Shown: piece by piece, positions 42,980 through 55,800 of the stretch
Layout of the letters: every line of letters begins with the position of its first letter
Numbering within the stretch: position 1 is the first letter of the stretch
Assembly: GCA_964421315.1 (NCBI GenBank)
Contig: CAYQXD010000001.1
Span: 1,464 to 65,463, forward strand
Source of the DNA: an uncultured Thiotrichaceae bacterium
Lineage (GTDB): Bacteria > Pseudomonadota > Gammaproteobacteria > SZUA-229
DNA: 64,000 bases
Direction: 5' to 3'
Made by a program: the position numbers and the translations under genes
The notes under the pieces: generated by a model
The model's database searches: none
What the model saw: the letters and a program-made list of their open reading frames with translations, nothing else
Told to the model about the DNA's origin: nothing

Positions 42980-44001
42980 ATAAAGCTTTTAATATTCTCT
43001 GGTTACAGTCCGGTGGTTGCGGTGGATGCAGTATGTCGGTACTCAATGCGGAAACGCCGGATCTTTATAGCAGCCTGCAAATCAATAATATCAATCTGCT
43101 GTGGCATCCATCACTCAGCGAAGCCAGTGCAGAAGAATTTTTAGCACTGCTGGCAGCCATCGAAAAAGGTGACATTATGCTTGATGCACTGTGCCTGGAA
43201 GGTTCAGTCATGCAAGGACCCAATGGCAGCGGTCGTTTCCATATGCTGGGCGGCAGCGGGCGCACCATGATGGAAGTCATTGAAAGTTTAACGAAAAAAG
43301 CCAGCTACACAGTCGCAATTGGTACCTGCGCTGCTTATGGCGGCATTACCATGTCGGGAAATAATCCTGGCGAGGCATGTGGTTTACAGTATAAAGGTAA
43401 CCAGGCTGGTGGTTTGCTTGGGGAAAACTGGCTAAGTCCCAAAAAACTCCCGGTAATAAATATTGCTGGCTGTCCAACCCACCCTAACTGGGTACTGGAT
43501 ACCCTGGCACAACTGGCAATGGGTGAACTACGGCTGGAACATCTGGACAGCTTAAAACGTCCGCGCAACTATACCGATCATCTGGTGCATCACGGTTGCC
43601 CGCGAAATGAATACTATGAATATAAAGCCAGCGCGGTCGAACAATCTGACCTGGGTTGTATGATGGAAAACCTGGGGTGTCTGGGCACCCAGGCGAGAGC
43701 CGATTGCAATACAGTGCTGTGGAATGGTGATGGTTCCTGTCTGCGCGGTGGTTATGCCTGCATTAACTGTACTGCGCCTGAGTTTGAAGAACCGGGACAC
43801 AGCTTTACCAGAACGCCAAAAATTGCCGGTATCCCGATTGGTTTGCCCACCGACATGCCAAAAGCCTGGTTTATTGCTTTAGCCTCATTGTCAAAAGCAG
43901 CAACACCAATACGGCTTAAAGTTAATGCTGTGTCCGACCACATACGCATTGTACCCGGTGCAAAAATTGAAACGAAAAGTGATAACGAGGAAGACCAATA
44001 A
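42976..44001 (+). CDS. hoxB: regulatory (H2-sensing) hydrogenase small subunit, no Tat signal
   Basis: It begins [21 protein letters not shown] and lacks a signal peptide. Confidence 0.8.
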   Translation: MNKAFNILWLQSGGCGGCSMSVLNAETPDLYSSLQINNINLLWHPSLSEASAEEFLALLAAIEKGDIMLDALCLEGSVMQGPNGSGRFHMLGGSGRTMMEVIESLTKKASYTVAIGTCAAYGGITMSGNNPGEACGLQYKGNQAGGLLGENWLSPKKLPVINIAGCPTHPNWVLDTLAQLAMGELRLEHLDSLKRPRNYTDHLVHHGCPRNEYYEYKASAVEQSDLGCMMENLGCLGTQARADCNTVLWNGDGSCLRGGYACINCTAPEFEEPGHSFTRTPKIAGIPIGLPTDMPKAWFIALASLSKAATPIRLKVNAVSDHIRIVPGAKIETKSDNEEDQ

Positions 44002-45494
44002 TGCCTGACAAAACATCTTCCAGTAATTCCACGCGCAAAATACTCGGCCCGTTTAACCGAATTGAAGGTGATCTGGAAGTCCAGATTGAGGTTGATCAGG
44101 GAACCATCGTTAAAGCCTGGGTTAACTCACCTTTGTTCCGTGGTTTTGAACAAATATTACACGGTAAAGAACCGATGGATGCGTTGGTATACACACCACG
44201 AATCTGCGGCATCTGTTCGGTCTCGCAATCTGTTGCCGCCACCCGGGCGTTGGCTGCCACTCAAGGTCTGCAGCCCTGCCCTAATGGTGAACTTGCCACT
44301 AATTTAATTCTGGCCGCAGAAAACCTGGCCGATCATTTAACGCATTTTTATCTGTTTTTTATGCCCGACTTCGCTCGTGAAAGTTATGCCAGCAAACCAT
44401 GGTTTAATGAAATCAATACACGCTTCAAAGCACAAACCGGCACCGCTAACCGCCAGATATTACCTGCAAGAGCTGCATTTTTGCACATAACCGGCATACT
44501 AGCTGGTAAATGGCCCCATTCATTGGCATTGCAACCGGGAGGAACAACACGCCCTGTTGAAGCACAGGAAAAAATTCGACTACTAACAACAATAAGTCTG
44601 TTTCGTATTTTTTTACAGGATGTGGTTTTTGGCGACGAACTGGAAAAGATACAGGCAATAAATAATGAAGACGAACTAAAGTCATGGCAGAAATCACATG
44701 AAAATTCTGACTTCGCAAAATTTTTAATGGTAGCAGATGATCTGAAATTAGAACAATTAGGCACTGCCAGTAATAACTTCATGAGTTACGGTGCGTATCA
44801 TAATAAAAACCATAACAATGACAATTCTAATAGTGAACATCTGTTCAGCGCCGGCATCTGGCAACAACAATGGCAGCCGCTTAACCCTGATGACATCAAA
44901 GAAGACATCTCACATAGCTGGCTAAATGTACAGAATGAAGCCAAACACCCCTATCAGGGAAGCACTATTCCTGATGCCGATCAAAAAAACGGTTACAGCT
45001 GGTGTAAATCACCACGATTAAATGAACAGGTAATGGAAGTCGGTGCCATTGCGAGACAGATGGTTGATGGTCATCCATTGATTCGTCAGCTAGTCGCTAA
45101 TAGCGGTGCCAATGTTCGTAATCGTGTTATCGCCCGTTTACTGGAACTCGCCATCGTCGTACCTGCAATGGAAAACTGGGCACGACTGTTACAACCCAAA
45201 GAGCCTTTTTGCCTGCCAGGCAACATGCCTGATGAAGCTCAGGGAGCAGGTATGGTGGAAGCCGCTCGTGGCAGCCTGGGTCACTGGCTTCGAGTTAAAA
45301 ATGGCCGCATTCTGAATTATCAGATTATTGCACCCACTACCTGGAATTTTTCACCGCGTGATGCTGCCGATAAACCCGGCGCACTTGAACTGGCATTGCA
45401 GGGTACTTATGTCGGCGAAGACAAAAATGCCTCGGTCATCATTCAACATATCATCCGCTCATTTGATCCCTGCATGGTCTGCACGGTACATTAA
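44001..45494 (+). CDS. hoxC: regulatory (H2-sensing) hydrogenase large subunit
   Basis: It has RICGICS at the N-terminus. The C-terminus is DPCMVCTVH and ends without an extension, so no protease cleavage is needed. Confidence 0.8.
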   Translation: MPDKTSSSNSTRKILGPFNRIEGDLEVQIEVDQGTIVKAWVNSPLFRGFEQILHGKEPMDALVYTPRICGICSVSQSVAATRALAATQGLQPCPNGELATNLILAAENLADHLTHFYLFFMPDFARESYASKPWFNEINTRFKAQTGTANRQILPARAAFLHITGILAGKWPHSLALQPGGTTRPVEAQEKIRLLTTISLFRIFLQDVVFGDELEKIQAINNEDELKSWQKSHENSDFAKFLMVADDLKLEQLGTASNNFMSYGAYHNKNHNNDNSNSEHLFSAGIWQQQWQPLNPDDIKEDISHSWLNVQNEAKHPYQGSTIPDADQKNGYSWCKSPRLNEQVMEVGAIARQMVDGHPLIRQLVANSGANVRNRVIARLLELAIVVPAMENWARLLQPKEPFCLPGNMPDEAQGAGMVEAARGSLGHWLRVKNGRILNYQIIAPTTWNFSPRDAADKPGALELALQGTYVGEDKNASVIIQHIIRSFDPCMVCTVH

Positions 45495-45495
45495 G

Positions 45496-47862
45496 ATGAC
45501 AACACGGGCCAATAAACTTGCAACAGAACACGAGCTAAAAACACGGACTTTACGTGTCCGCGGGCTGGTTCAGGGTGTTGGTTTCCGCCCCACTGTCTGG
45601 CGCTTAGCGAATGACCTCGGTTTAACCGGCAATGTATGTAATGACGGTAAAGGCGTACTGATTCATTTCTTTGCCAGCACTGAAATGTTAAAACATTTTT
45701 CGCAAACATTATTTAACGAATGTCCACCACTTTCACGAATAGACAGCATTGAAGAAATACACAATGCAGATGAAATCAGCAATGATGGTTTTCAGATAAT
45801 TAACAGCGCGCAAACTGAAATTGCGACTGGCATTATCGCTGATGCTGCAACCTGCGGCGATTGCCTGCATGAACTTGATGACATAAAAAACCGACGTTAT
45901 CGCTACCCTTTTCTGAACTGCACCCATTGTGGCCCACGTTTTTCTATTATCCGCAGCCTGCCTTATGACAGAGCCAATACCAGCATGTCAACGTTTGAAT
46001 TATGCGGCAATTGTAGCAATGAATACAAAAACCCTGCTGACAGACGTTTCCATGCCCAGCCCACAGCCTGCGAGAAATGCGGTCCCGCTGTTTTCCTGTG
46101 TGATGATAAAGGCAATACCATCACCACAACTGATGCAATCGTTGAAGCTGCCAGGCAGCTCAAACTCGGCAAAATTTTAGCCATCAAAGGCATCGGTGGT
46201 ATCCATCTTGCCTGTGACGCCAGCAATAAATCAGCGGTTGAACATTTGCGCCAACAAAAAAATCGTCCGCACAAACCACTGGCACTGATGGCAAAAAATC
46301 TTGAACAGGTTGGCCGCTACTGCACACTCAGTGAAGTCGAAATTGATGCTCTCTCCAGCCCCGCTGCACCTATTGTTATTCTAGAATCACGAGACACAAA
46401 ATTACTACCAGAAAATATCGCGCCCGATCAAAAACAATGGGGTTTCATGCTGCCCTATAGTCCACTGCATCACCTGCTGATGGCTGAACTGAGCCACCCC
46501 ATCGTACTCACTTCCGGTAACCGCTCTGACGAACCGCAATGTACAGACAATGATGATGCTATAAAGCGTTTGGCCAATATTGCCGAACTATTTCTGTTAC
46601 ATGACCGAGCAATCGAAAATCGCATCGATGACTCAGTGGTGCGGCAGATGAACGGACAAATTCAGGTGTTACGCCGCGCCCGCGGTTATGCACCCGGTCA
46701 CATAACCTTACCCGCAGGTTTTGATAAGCATCCACCGCTGTTAGCCTTTGGCGGCGAATTAAAAAGCACTTTCTGTTTGCTGAAAAATGGCCACGCTATT
46801 TTATCTCAGCACATGGGTGATTTAGAAGATGCACGCACCTTCAATGATTATCAGAAAAATCTTTCACTGTATCTTGATCTGTACGTACACCAGGCAGAAG
46901 TCCTGGCCGTTGACAATCATCCCGAATATCTTTCCACCAAACTCGGCATTGATTGGGCTGCAAAGAAAAACTTGCCCGTCACTCAAATACAGCACCACCA
47001 TGCACACATCGCTGCCTGCATGATTGATAACAATATTGACCTGGATGAAGACTCAGTTATTGGTGTGGCCTTTGATGGCCTGGGTTTTGGTGAGGACGGT
47101 ACATTATGGGGCGGTGAATTCCTATTGGCTGATTATCAGCAATATAAACGACTGGCTCACCTGAAACCGGTGGTTTTGCCTGGTGCGTCTCAGGCGATGC
47201 GGGAACCCTGGCGCAATACCTGGGCACAATTAAACGCCACCCTGGGCTGGGATCTGTTTGTGAAAAAATATGCAACACTAGAACTACACAAAACATTAAA
47301 TCGCAAACCTGTTCATATCTTACAACAAATGTGTGATAAAGGTATTAACTCGCCTTTGTCATCATCTGCCGGCCGCCTGTTTGATGCCATAGCCGCCGCA
47401 ACAGGACTGGCACCGCAACGATGCAGCTATGAAGGACAGGCTGCAATGGCACTGGAAACCTGCATGGATAAACAAGACTTAAAGCAGGTTTCTCCCTACC
47501 CGTTCAAACTAAAAAAGCAGGACGGTATTTATGAGCTTGACCCGACCCCCATGTGGTCTACCCTGCTGGACGACTTAACAGCAAAAGCAACGACAAGTAT
47601 TATTGCTGCGCGTTTTCATCGCGGACTTGCCCGTGCCATTGTTGATACTGCAAGCCTGCTCGCCAGGGAAAATAATATTAATCGTGTTGCACTCAGCGGC
47701 GGTGTCTTTCAAAACCGCAGCTTGTTTGAACTTGTTATTGCCGGACTCAGGAAAAAAAACATAATCGTGCTCACGCACCAACAGGTACCCGCCAATGACG
47801 GTGGCATAGCACTGGGTCAGGCAATCATTGCTGCGGCTCGCGAGATTAAACCTGGAAAATAA
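45496..47862 (+). CDS. hypF: carbamoyltransferase HypF
   Basis: Start trimmed to MTTRANK at 45496. It has an acylphosphatase domain, two Zn-finger CxxC pairs, a YrdC domain and a Kae1-like domain. Confidence 0.9.
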   Translation: MTTRANKLATEHELKTRTLRVRGLVQGVGFRPTVWRLANDLGLTGNVCNDGKGVLIHFFASTEMLKHFSQTLFNECPPLSRIDSIEEIHNADEISNDGFQIINSAQTEIATGIIADAATCGDCLHELDDIKNRRYRYPFLNCTHCGPRFSIIRSLPYDRANTSMSTFELCGNCSNEYKNPADRRFHAQPTACEKCGPAVFLCDDKGNTITTTDAIVEAARQLKLGKILAIKGIGGIHLACDASNKSAVEHLRQQKNRPHKPLALMAKNLEQVGRYCTLSEVEIDALSSPAAPIVILESRDTKLLPENIAPDQKQWGFMLPYSPLHHLLMAELSHPIVLTSGNRSDEPQCTDNDDAIKRLANIAELFLLHDRAIENRIDDSVVRQMNGQIQVLRRARGYAPGHITLPAGFDKHPPLLAFGGELKSTFCLLKNGHAILSQHMGDLEDARTFNDYQKNLSLYLDLYVHQAEVLAVDNHPEYLSTKLGIDWAAKKNLPVTQIQHHHAHIAACMIDNNIDLDEDSVIGVAFDGLGFGEDGTLWGGEFLLADYQQYKRLAHLKPVVLPGASQAMREPWRNTWAQLNATLGWDLFVKKYATLELHKTLNRKPVHILQQMCDKGINSPLSSSAGRLFDAIAAATGLAPQRCSYEGQAAMALETCMDKQDLKQVSPYPFKLKKQDGIYELDPTPMWSTLLDDLTAKATTSIIAARFHRGLARAIVDTASLLARENNINRVALSGGVFQNRSLFELVIAGLRKKNIIVLTHQQVPANDGGIALGQAIIAAAREIKPGK

Positions 47863-47905
47863 TATAGAAACCTTACGGCAAAGACTTTACAGCAGAGAAA
47901 ATATT

Positions 47906-48037
47906 ATGTGTTTAGATATTCCAGGACAAATTGTTGAAATTTCTATGTATCAGAAATCACAACATCCATTTCAAAACAAACAGCAATTGTTTGCAGAAAA
48001 TTCATGTTGTGTATTATCAAATACATCTGGCATTTAG
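47906..48037 (+). pseudogene. truncated HypC-like ORF (43 codons), probable remnant of a third hypC/hupF copy
   Basis: It encodes MCLDIPGQIVEI.., the invariant HypC N-terminal signature MC(L/I)(A/G)(I/V)P. The remainder is unrelated to the HypC OB fold. Confidence 0.4.
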
Positions 48038-48074
48038 AACACACACTATTAATGGATAGCGGAGGAATGTAAGC

Positions 48075-48497
48075 ATGTTATCACCTGGCGATATATCACC
48101 TAAGGATGCCTATAAAATATTACAGGAAGATCCACGAGCCGTATTAATTGATATTCGATCAGATATGGAATTTTTGTTTGTCGGCCGCCCGATTAGTGCA
48201 TCACATATTCCCTGGATTAATGAACCGGACTGGGTTATCAATTCGCATTTTACTGCTGAAGTCAGAAAACTATTACTCGGCAACATTATTTGCAGTGACA
48301 ACGAACATTGCGCAACCATCATTTTAATTTGCCGAAGTGGTAACCGTTCTTTAGAAGCCGGTAAAAAATTGTTAGCTGAAGGTCTTAAAAATATTTTTCA
48401 CATTGACTCTGGTTTTGAAGGCAAGCTCAATGATGATCATCATCGTAGCTCAATCAATGGCTGGCGCTTTGATGGCCTGCCCTGGAATCAATGTTAA
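48075..48497 (+). CDS. rhodanese-domain sulfurtransferase
   Basis: It has the active-site loop CRSGNRS and is 140 aa. Confidence 0.75.
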   Translation: MLSPGDISPKDAYKILQEDPRAVLIDIRSDMEFLFVGRPISASHIPWINEPDWVINSHFTAEVRKLLLGNIICSDNEHCATIILICRSGNRSLEAGKKLLAEGLKNIFHIDSGFEGKLNDDHHRSSINGWRFDGLPWNQC

Positions 48498-48570
48498 AGA
48501 CCAGAGGCTCCCTGGAAAAAAATAATATGAAATACGTTAGCCAAACCCTATCAATCATTTAGACATAAAA

Positions 48571-49197
48571 ATGAATACCAGCACAATCAAAAATTCAGCA
48601 GTCGAAGACACAACTGTCAGTATCACCGTGAACGGTAAACTGATCAGCTTCAATTACGGCGATCTAAAAATATTCCACAAAGGCGATTCCTGGTTTGGCT
48701 GCACAGTTGGTTTTAGAGCCATGCAACTGGCAGAACGCGAGTTTTCCAGACACGCACTATCAGAACAGGCAAGCTGGTCACGTGAAAATTTATCAATCGT
48801 TAGCGGTCACCCCGGCCCCGGCGTAAAAGATGCTATCGAGCTAATTACCGCAACTGTTTCATCAAATCAATTTAAGTTGCTCGATAACATTAATACCCGG
48901 GATGGCAGCATGGGGTGTAATTCAAACATGAAATTTGAATGGTGGGTAACGGCTCACAACGAAACCATTCACATAAAATTGCATGACGATATCGTACCTG
49001 ACTCATTCTTGGCGTTGCTTGATCGACTTAATGCGGATAATGGTCTCACCGATAGCGAAAAAAAGAAAGACCGAAAACAGTTCGATCAAATGAAAAAAGA
49101 CTTAAGCAATATTTTATGGAATCAATCGCTGGATGCCTCTTTTGACATTAACTATGTCACAACATCAACTAACGGCGGAGTATCGACACAATGTTAA
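48571..49197 (+). CDS. hypothetical protein translationally coupled to the Ni/Co transporter (possibly FmdE-like; unrecognised)
   Basis: The 208-aa ORF has no signal peptide. Its stop overlaps the downstream start. Confidence 0.4.
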   Translation: MNTSTIKNSAVEDTTVSITVNGKLISFNYGDLKIFHKGDSWFGCTVGFRAMQLAEREFSRHALSEQASWSRENLSIVSGHPGPGVKDAIELITATVSSNQFKLLDNINTRDGSMGCNSNMKFEWWVTAHNETIHIKLHDDIVPDSFLALLDRLNADNGLTDSEKKKDRKQFDQMKKDLSNILWNQSLDASFDINYVTTSTNGGVSTQC

Positions 49198-49895
49198 GTT
49201 TATTATTTATAGGTTTTTTAATCGGTATGCGACATGCTCTGGAAGCTGACCATGTCGCCGCAGTCGCCTCACTGGCAACAACCACAAACTCACTTAAAAG
49301 CGCAGTGAAACACGGCGCAGTTTGGGGTCTGGGTCATTCCATCACCCTGTTCCTGTTTGGATCTATCGTTATTCTAACGGACAGTATCATGCCGGAAAGC
49401 ATGGCCTTGGGTCTTGAATTCATCGTGGGCATTATGTTGCTGGTTTTAGGGGTTGACGTGATAAGAAGAATGATTCGTGACAAAGTCCATTTTCACACGC
49501 ATCAACATGGCAAAAACAAACAACATTTCCACGCCCATAAACATATAAATGAGGTCGTGCATGAGCCGAAACAACATCAACATGAACACAGCAACAAGTT
49601 CCCGCGCAGAGCACTCTTTGTTGGTTTAATGCATGGCATGGCTGGTTCGGCAGCTTTAATACTACTCACCCTGGAAACAGTCACTTCACCATTAATCGGC
49701 CTTATGTATATGTTGCTATTTGGGATTGGTTCAATAATGGGTATGGCAGCTCTTTCAATTGTTATTGCCATACCATTAAGACAATCAGCCAAAGGGCTCA
49801 CCTGGTTAAATAATGCTCTACAGGGCGTAATTGGTGTCGCCACAATAGTCTTGGGATCAATGCTGATTTATGATACTGGGTTAAGCTTTATATAA
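49191..49895 (+). CDS. NicO/NiCoT-family nickel/cobalt transporter with His-rich loop
   Basis: TM2 carries the signature RHALEADH (HAxxADH). A loop reads HFHTHQHGKNKQHFHAHKH..HQHEH. Confidence 0.65.
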   Translation: MLSLLFIGFLIGMRHALEADHVAAVASLATTTNSLKSAVKHGAVWGLGHSITLFLFGSIVILTDSIMPESMALGLEFIVGIMLLVLGVDVIRRMIRDKVHFHTHQHGKNKQHFHAHKHINEVVHEPKQHQHEHSNKFPRRALFVGLMHGMAGSAALILLTLETVTSPLIGLMYMLLFGIGSIMGMAALSIVIAIPLRQSAKGLTWLNNALQGVIGVATIVLGSMLIYDTGLSFI

Positions 49896-49913
49896 AATCC
49901 AGACTTATACAGC

Positions 49914-52034
<2,121 letters not shown>

Positions 52035-52069
52035 TCACGTAAAAGTTGGGGTTCGACCCTCACCCTAAC

Positions 52070-52864
52070 CTACGTACTATTGCTAAACTCACGTACCTGT
52101 GTACGATAGTTTTCAGCATCCTGCTCAGTTAACGTCTGCCGTTGATGATTGCATAATCGTGCGCCCAGCAAACCTGCTATTTGATAACTACGCTGTAACA
52201 TTTCTGTCAAATCATCGAGTGGGTCATTGCCTTTGATTTTCATAAAAACGGTTAAACCCGATGTTTTTAAATCATGAATGGTATCAGCATCAAACGACCC
52301 CGGTTCCAGCATATTGGCAAGACTAAATATGTTTTGACCATTTTTCCTGTAATGAAATATATTCATCTCACCAAAAGTTAAACCCATCGCCTGTGCTGAA
52401 CTGTTTATTTGTGAACCCGATAAAAACTGAACACCAGCAAACTGATTTTCCCCGGAGTTACTTTTCTGAGGATTATTTTTAGGGAGGATATATAACACAA
52501 TAAAATCTGATGGCGTTTTTATTGTCCTGTTATTTGCCAAAGATTGAGCTTGCTGATCATCTGCTACAGATGAATTTTCTTCATCAACATTTTTTTCAAC
52601 AGCAGGTACTGAGTGACTGTTGTCTTCATCCCTATAGTCTTCATCCATATCCAGATCTGTGCCACTAACAATTCTGACTTTGCCGACACCTTCATCAACA
52701 TCATCCAGCGTCTGTGCGGTAAATTCAGGCAAGTCGTCTTCCAGTCCTGCTTCTAGTTCATCAACTATCGAATGATTACGTCGACGACGGCTACGCCCCA
52801 GTGCATAAATCACCAGAACAAAGGCGATGCCTGCTGCTAGCAATATCCATCGCAGCGCTTCCAC
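52070..52864 (-). CDS. zipA: cell division protein ZipA
   Basis: It has an N-terminal TM segment, a charged linker and a C-terminal FtsZ-binding domain. The smc-zipA-ligA order is conserved. Confidence 0.8.
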   Translation of the reverse strand: MEALRWILLAAGIAFVLVIYALGRSRRRRNHSIVDELEAGLEDDLPEFTAQTLDDVDEGVGKVRIVSGTDLDMDEDYRDEDNSHSVPAVEKNVDEENSSVADDQQAQSLANNRTIKTPSDFIVLYILPKNNPQKSNSGENQFAGVQFLSGSQINSSAQAMGLTFGEMNIFHYRKNGQNIFSLANMLEPGSFDADTIHDLKTSGLTVFMKIKGNDPLDDLTEMLQRSYQIAGLLGARLCNHQRQTLTEQDAENYRTQVREFSNST

Positions 52865-52867
52865 GCG

Positions 52868-55800
52868 TTATGCTCCCACACCTGCCATTGTCGCCGCTTC
52901 TGCCACATCCACGGAAACCAGGCGAGAAACACCCGACTCACGCATGGTGACACCGCTTAGGTGTTCGGACATTTCCATGGTGGTCTTATTATGGGTAATA
53001 AAAATAAACTGTACACGATCAGACATTTCTTTAACTAACTGACAGAAACGCCCGACATTAGCTTCATCGAGTGGTGCATCAACCTCATCAAGCATACAAA
53101 AAGGCGCAGGATTTAATTCAAAAATGGCGAATACCAGGGCGACAGCAGTTAATGCTTTTTCACCACCTGACATCAAATGGATATTTGAAATTCTTTTGCC
53201 GGGCGGTCTTGCCATAATAGTGACACCGGTATTTAACAGATCATCATCCGTCATTTCAAGGAAGGCAGTGCCACCACCAAATAAACGCGGGAACATGTCT
53301 TTGATTCGCGAATTAACGTGATCGAAGGTATCTTTAAATCGGGTGCGCGTTTCTTTATCAATTTTGGCAATCGCCTGCTCTAATATAGTCAATGCAGCGG
53401 TGACATCTTTGTCCTGTCCATCCAGATACTCTTTACGCTGTAGCTGTTCCTTATATTCTTCAATGGCTGCAAGATTAATTGCACCCAAACGTGAAATTTT
53501 TGTAGCTACCTCAGACAGCTTGCTTTCCCACTGTTTACTGCTTGCCTGCTCACCCTCTGCCTCTTTCTGGCTCAGGGATTCAAGTACTTTCTCTAATTCA
53601 AATTCTGTTTCTGCCAACTGTTCCAGCGTGGTTTTACTGCGTACACGAATTTCCTGGCTATCAAGACGATACTTTTCCAGTTGCGTGCGCACAGTTTGTG
53701 AGTTTTGTTCAAACTCACTGCGTTGCTGTTCCAGTGCTCGAAGGCTCTGTGTAATGTTTTCAACTTTACGCCGTGCGTCGCTCAGGGCTTCTTCTGATAG
53801 CAGACGTTGTTCTAATAACGTTTTAAGCTCACATTCCAGTTGCTGCGTTGGCTGCACTGACTGCGACAATAATGATTCAAGACTCTGTTTGCGCTGTAAC
53901 TGCGCTGTTTGCGCCTGCTCCATACGTTGTATGTTATGTTGCAGACCGCTTAAACGTGTTTTTAAACCTTCAACCCGAATCGCCAGCTGATGCGCCTGAT
54001 CCCGATGTTGTTGCAGGTTTGTTCGATATTGTTGTAGCTGTTGCTGTAATGCATCTCGCTCTTCCTGTAAAACTTTTCTATCTGCCTCCATCTTTTCAGC
54101 ATTTTCCAATGCGGCATTACGGTTTCGAGTCGCAGTGGCAATGTCACTCTCGTCACGATTGACCAAGTTCTGTGTTTCTTCGAGCTCGACAGCAAGGTCT
54201 TTGTCCCGGCTGGTAATGTGCTGATGACGAGATTCACGTGCGCTGATTTGTGCTTTTATTTCATTTAACCGCGAATGAATGGTATTTAATACCACCTGTA
54301 TCTCTTCACGCTGCTGTTCATTTGTTTGTAACGTGCCACGTAAGCCAGTTAACTCAGCACTGATTTTTTCTGCACCTGCCTCATGCCCGGTTAATTCCTG
54401 TTGCAGCTCACGAATACTGTTTTCACGTGCCAGAACACCACTATTGCTATCGCTTTCACGACGAATCCGTATCCAGTTAGCGCCTAACCAGATACCATCT
54501 TTGGTGATGATGCTTTCACCATTTAACAGTGTTGAGCGTACTTTTAATGCATCATCCAGGTTATTGCTACAACGAATGCCAAACAAAAACTGGCTTGTGT
54601 CGACTGATGATGAAACTTTGGCCAGTAACCATTCTGATGATACGGCTGCTGAAGCATTAGTTGATGCTGCTTCGGTTCTGGTGTTTTCACGCTGGCTTTC
54701 GACCAATGATAGATTGCTGTCTTTTAGTGAATCAAAGACAGAGGAAAACGGTTCGATATTGTCCACACAAATCGCTTCCAGGGTATCACCCAGTACAGTT
54801 TCAACAGCCAGTTCCCAGCCCTCACTCACCGACAACTGCTCGGCAAAACGTGCATTGTTACTGATACCATTTTTTTCCAGCCATTGCTGCGCGGCTTTAT
54901 CTGTTTTACCTAATGCTGCTTCCTGCAAGGCTTCCATCGAAGACAGACTGCCCTGTTTTTGATGAATGCTGCGGCGCACATCTGCTGATTGTTGTTCTTT
55001 GCTAACAATTTGTTCCCGTGTTTTTTTTATGTTTGCTATGGCTTCAGATAATTGTTGTTCGTGTTCTTCTTTTTCAGTGGTTGATTTTGTTAACAGAATA
55101 TTTAAATCGCTAATTTGCTCTTGCAGATTTTCACCACGCAAAGCCTGCTTTTCCACATCTATTTTTTGCAAGCGCTGTTGCAATTGCTGAACATGGCGTT
55201 CTAATTGCTCCATTCGAGAACGCTCAAGCTGTGCGGTCTGGCTTGCCGCTGAATAACGTTGATTGATTTCATCCCATGTTTGCTGCCATTTTTGCTTTGC
55301 CTGTTCAGCTGTGCTGTAGTGCTCAGTACTCGCTACTTCCTGTGCTTTTAGATGTTCCAGCTTAGGTTGCTCGCTAAGAAGATTTTGCTGACACTCTTCA
55401 ACCTCCTGTTTATCCGATAAAATGGCATGACCGGCATCAGCCAGTGCAATTTGAATTTGTTCCAGATCGGTTTGCTGACGTTGCAATAAATCCTGGCTGT
55501 GTTTGATATTTTGTTCTTTAGCAGAGATATCAGCACCCAGGCGATAATATTCAGCCTGTACATTATTAAGAATCTCATTTGATTGCGTGCTTTGCTGGCG
55601 CTGAGACTCAATTTCTGACTCAGCAGCTCGTTGCTGGGCAATTACCTGTTGCAGTGATGTCTCGGTTGCCTGGATTTCTTTATCACGAATGTCCAGTTCG
55701 GCTTTTAATTCACGCCAGTGTAATGTTAGATGCTCAGCCTTCAGCTGACGTTCTTCCTGTTTAAATTCTTTATAACGCTCTGCGCTACGGCTCTGGCGCT

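Noticed and set aside
45328-45495. 168-nt 5' extension of the hypF ORF overlapping hoxC
   Set aside because: HypF homology starts at MTTRANK (ATG 45496), directly after the hoxC stop. The upstream extension is an out-of-frame overlap with hoxC and has no homology.
53343-54962. Long antisense ORFs (215 aa, 227 aa, 104 aa) opposite smc
   Set aside because: They are Ser/Cys/Arg-rich, low-complexity translations of the antisense strand of the SMC coiled-coil region. They have no start context, so they are shadow ORFs.
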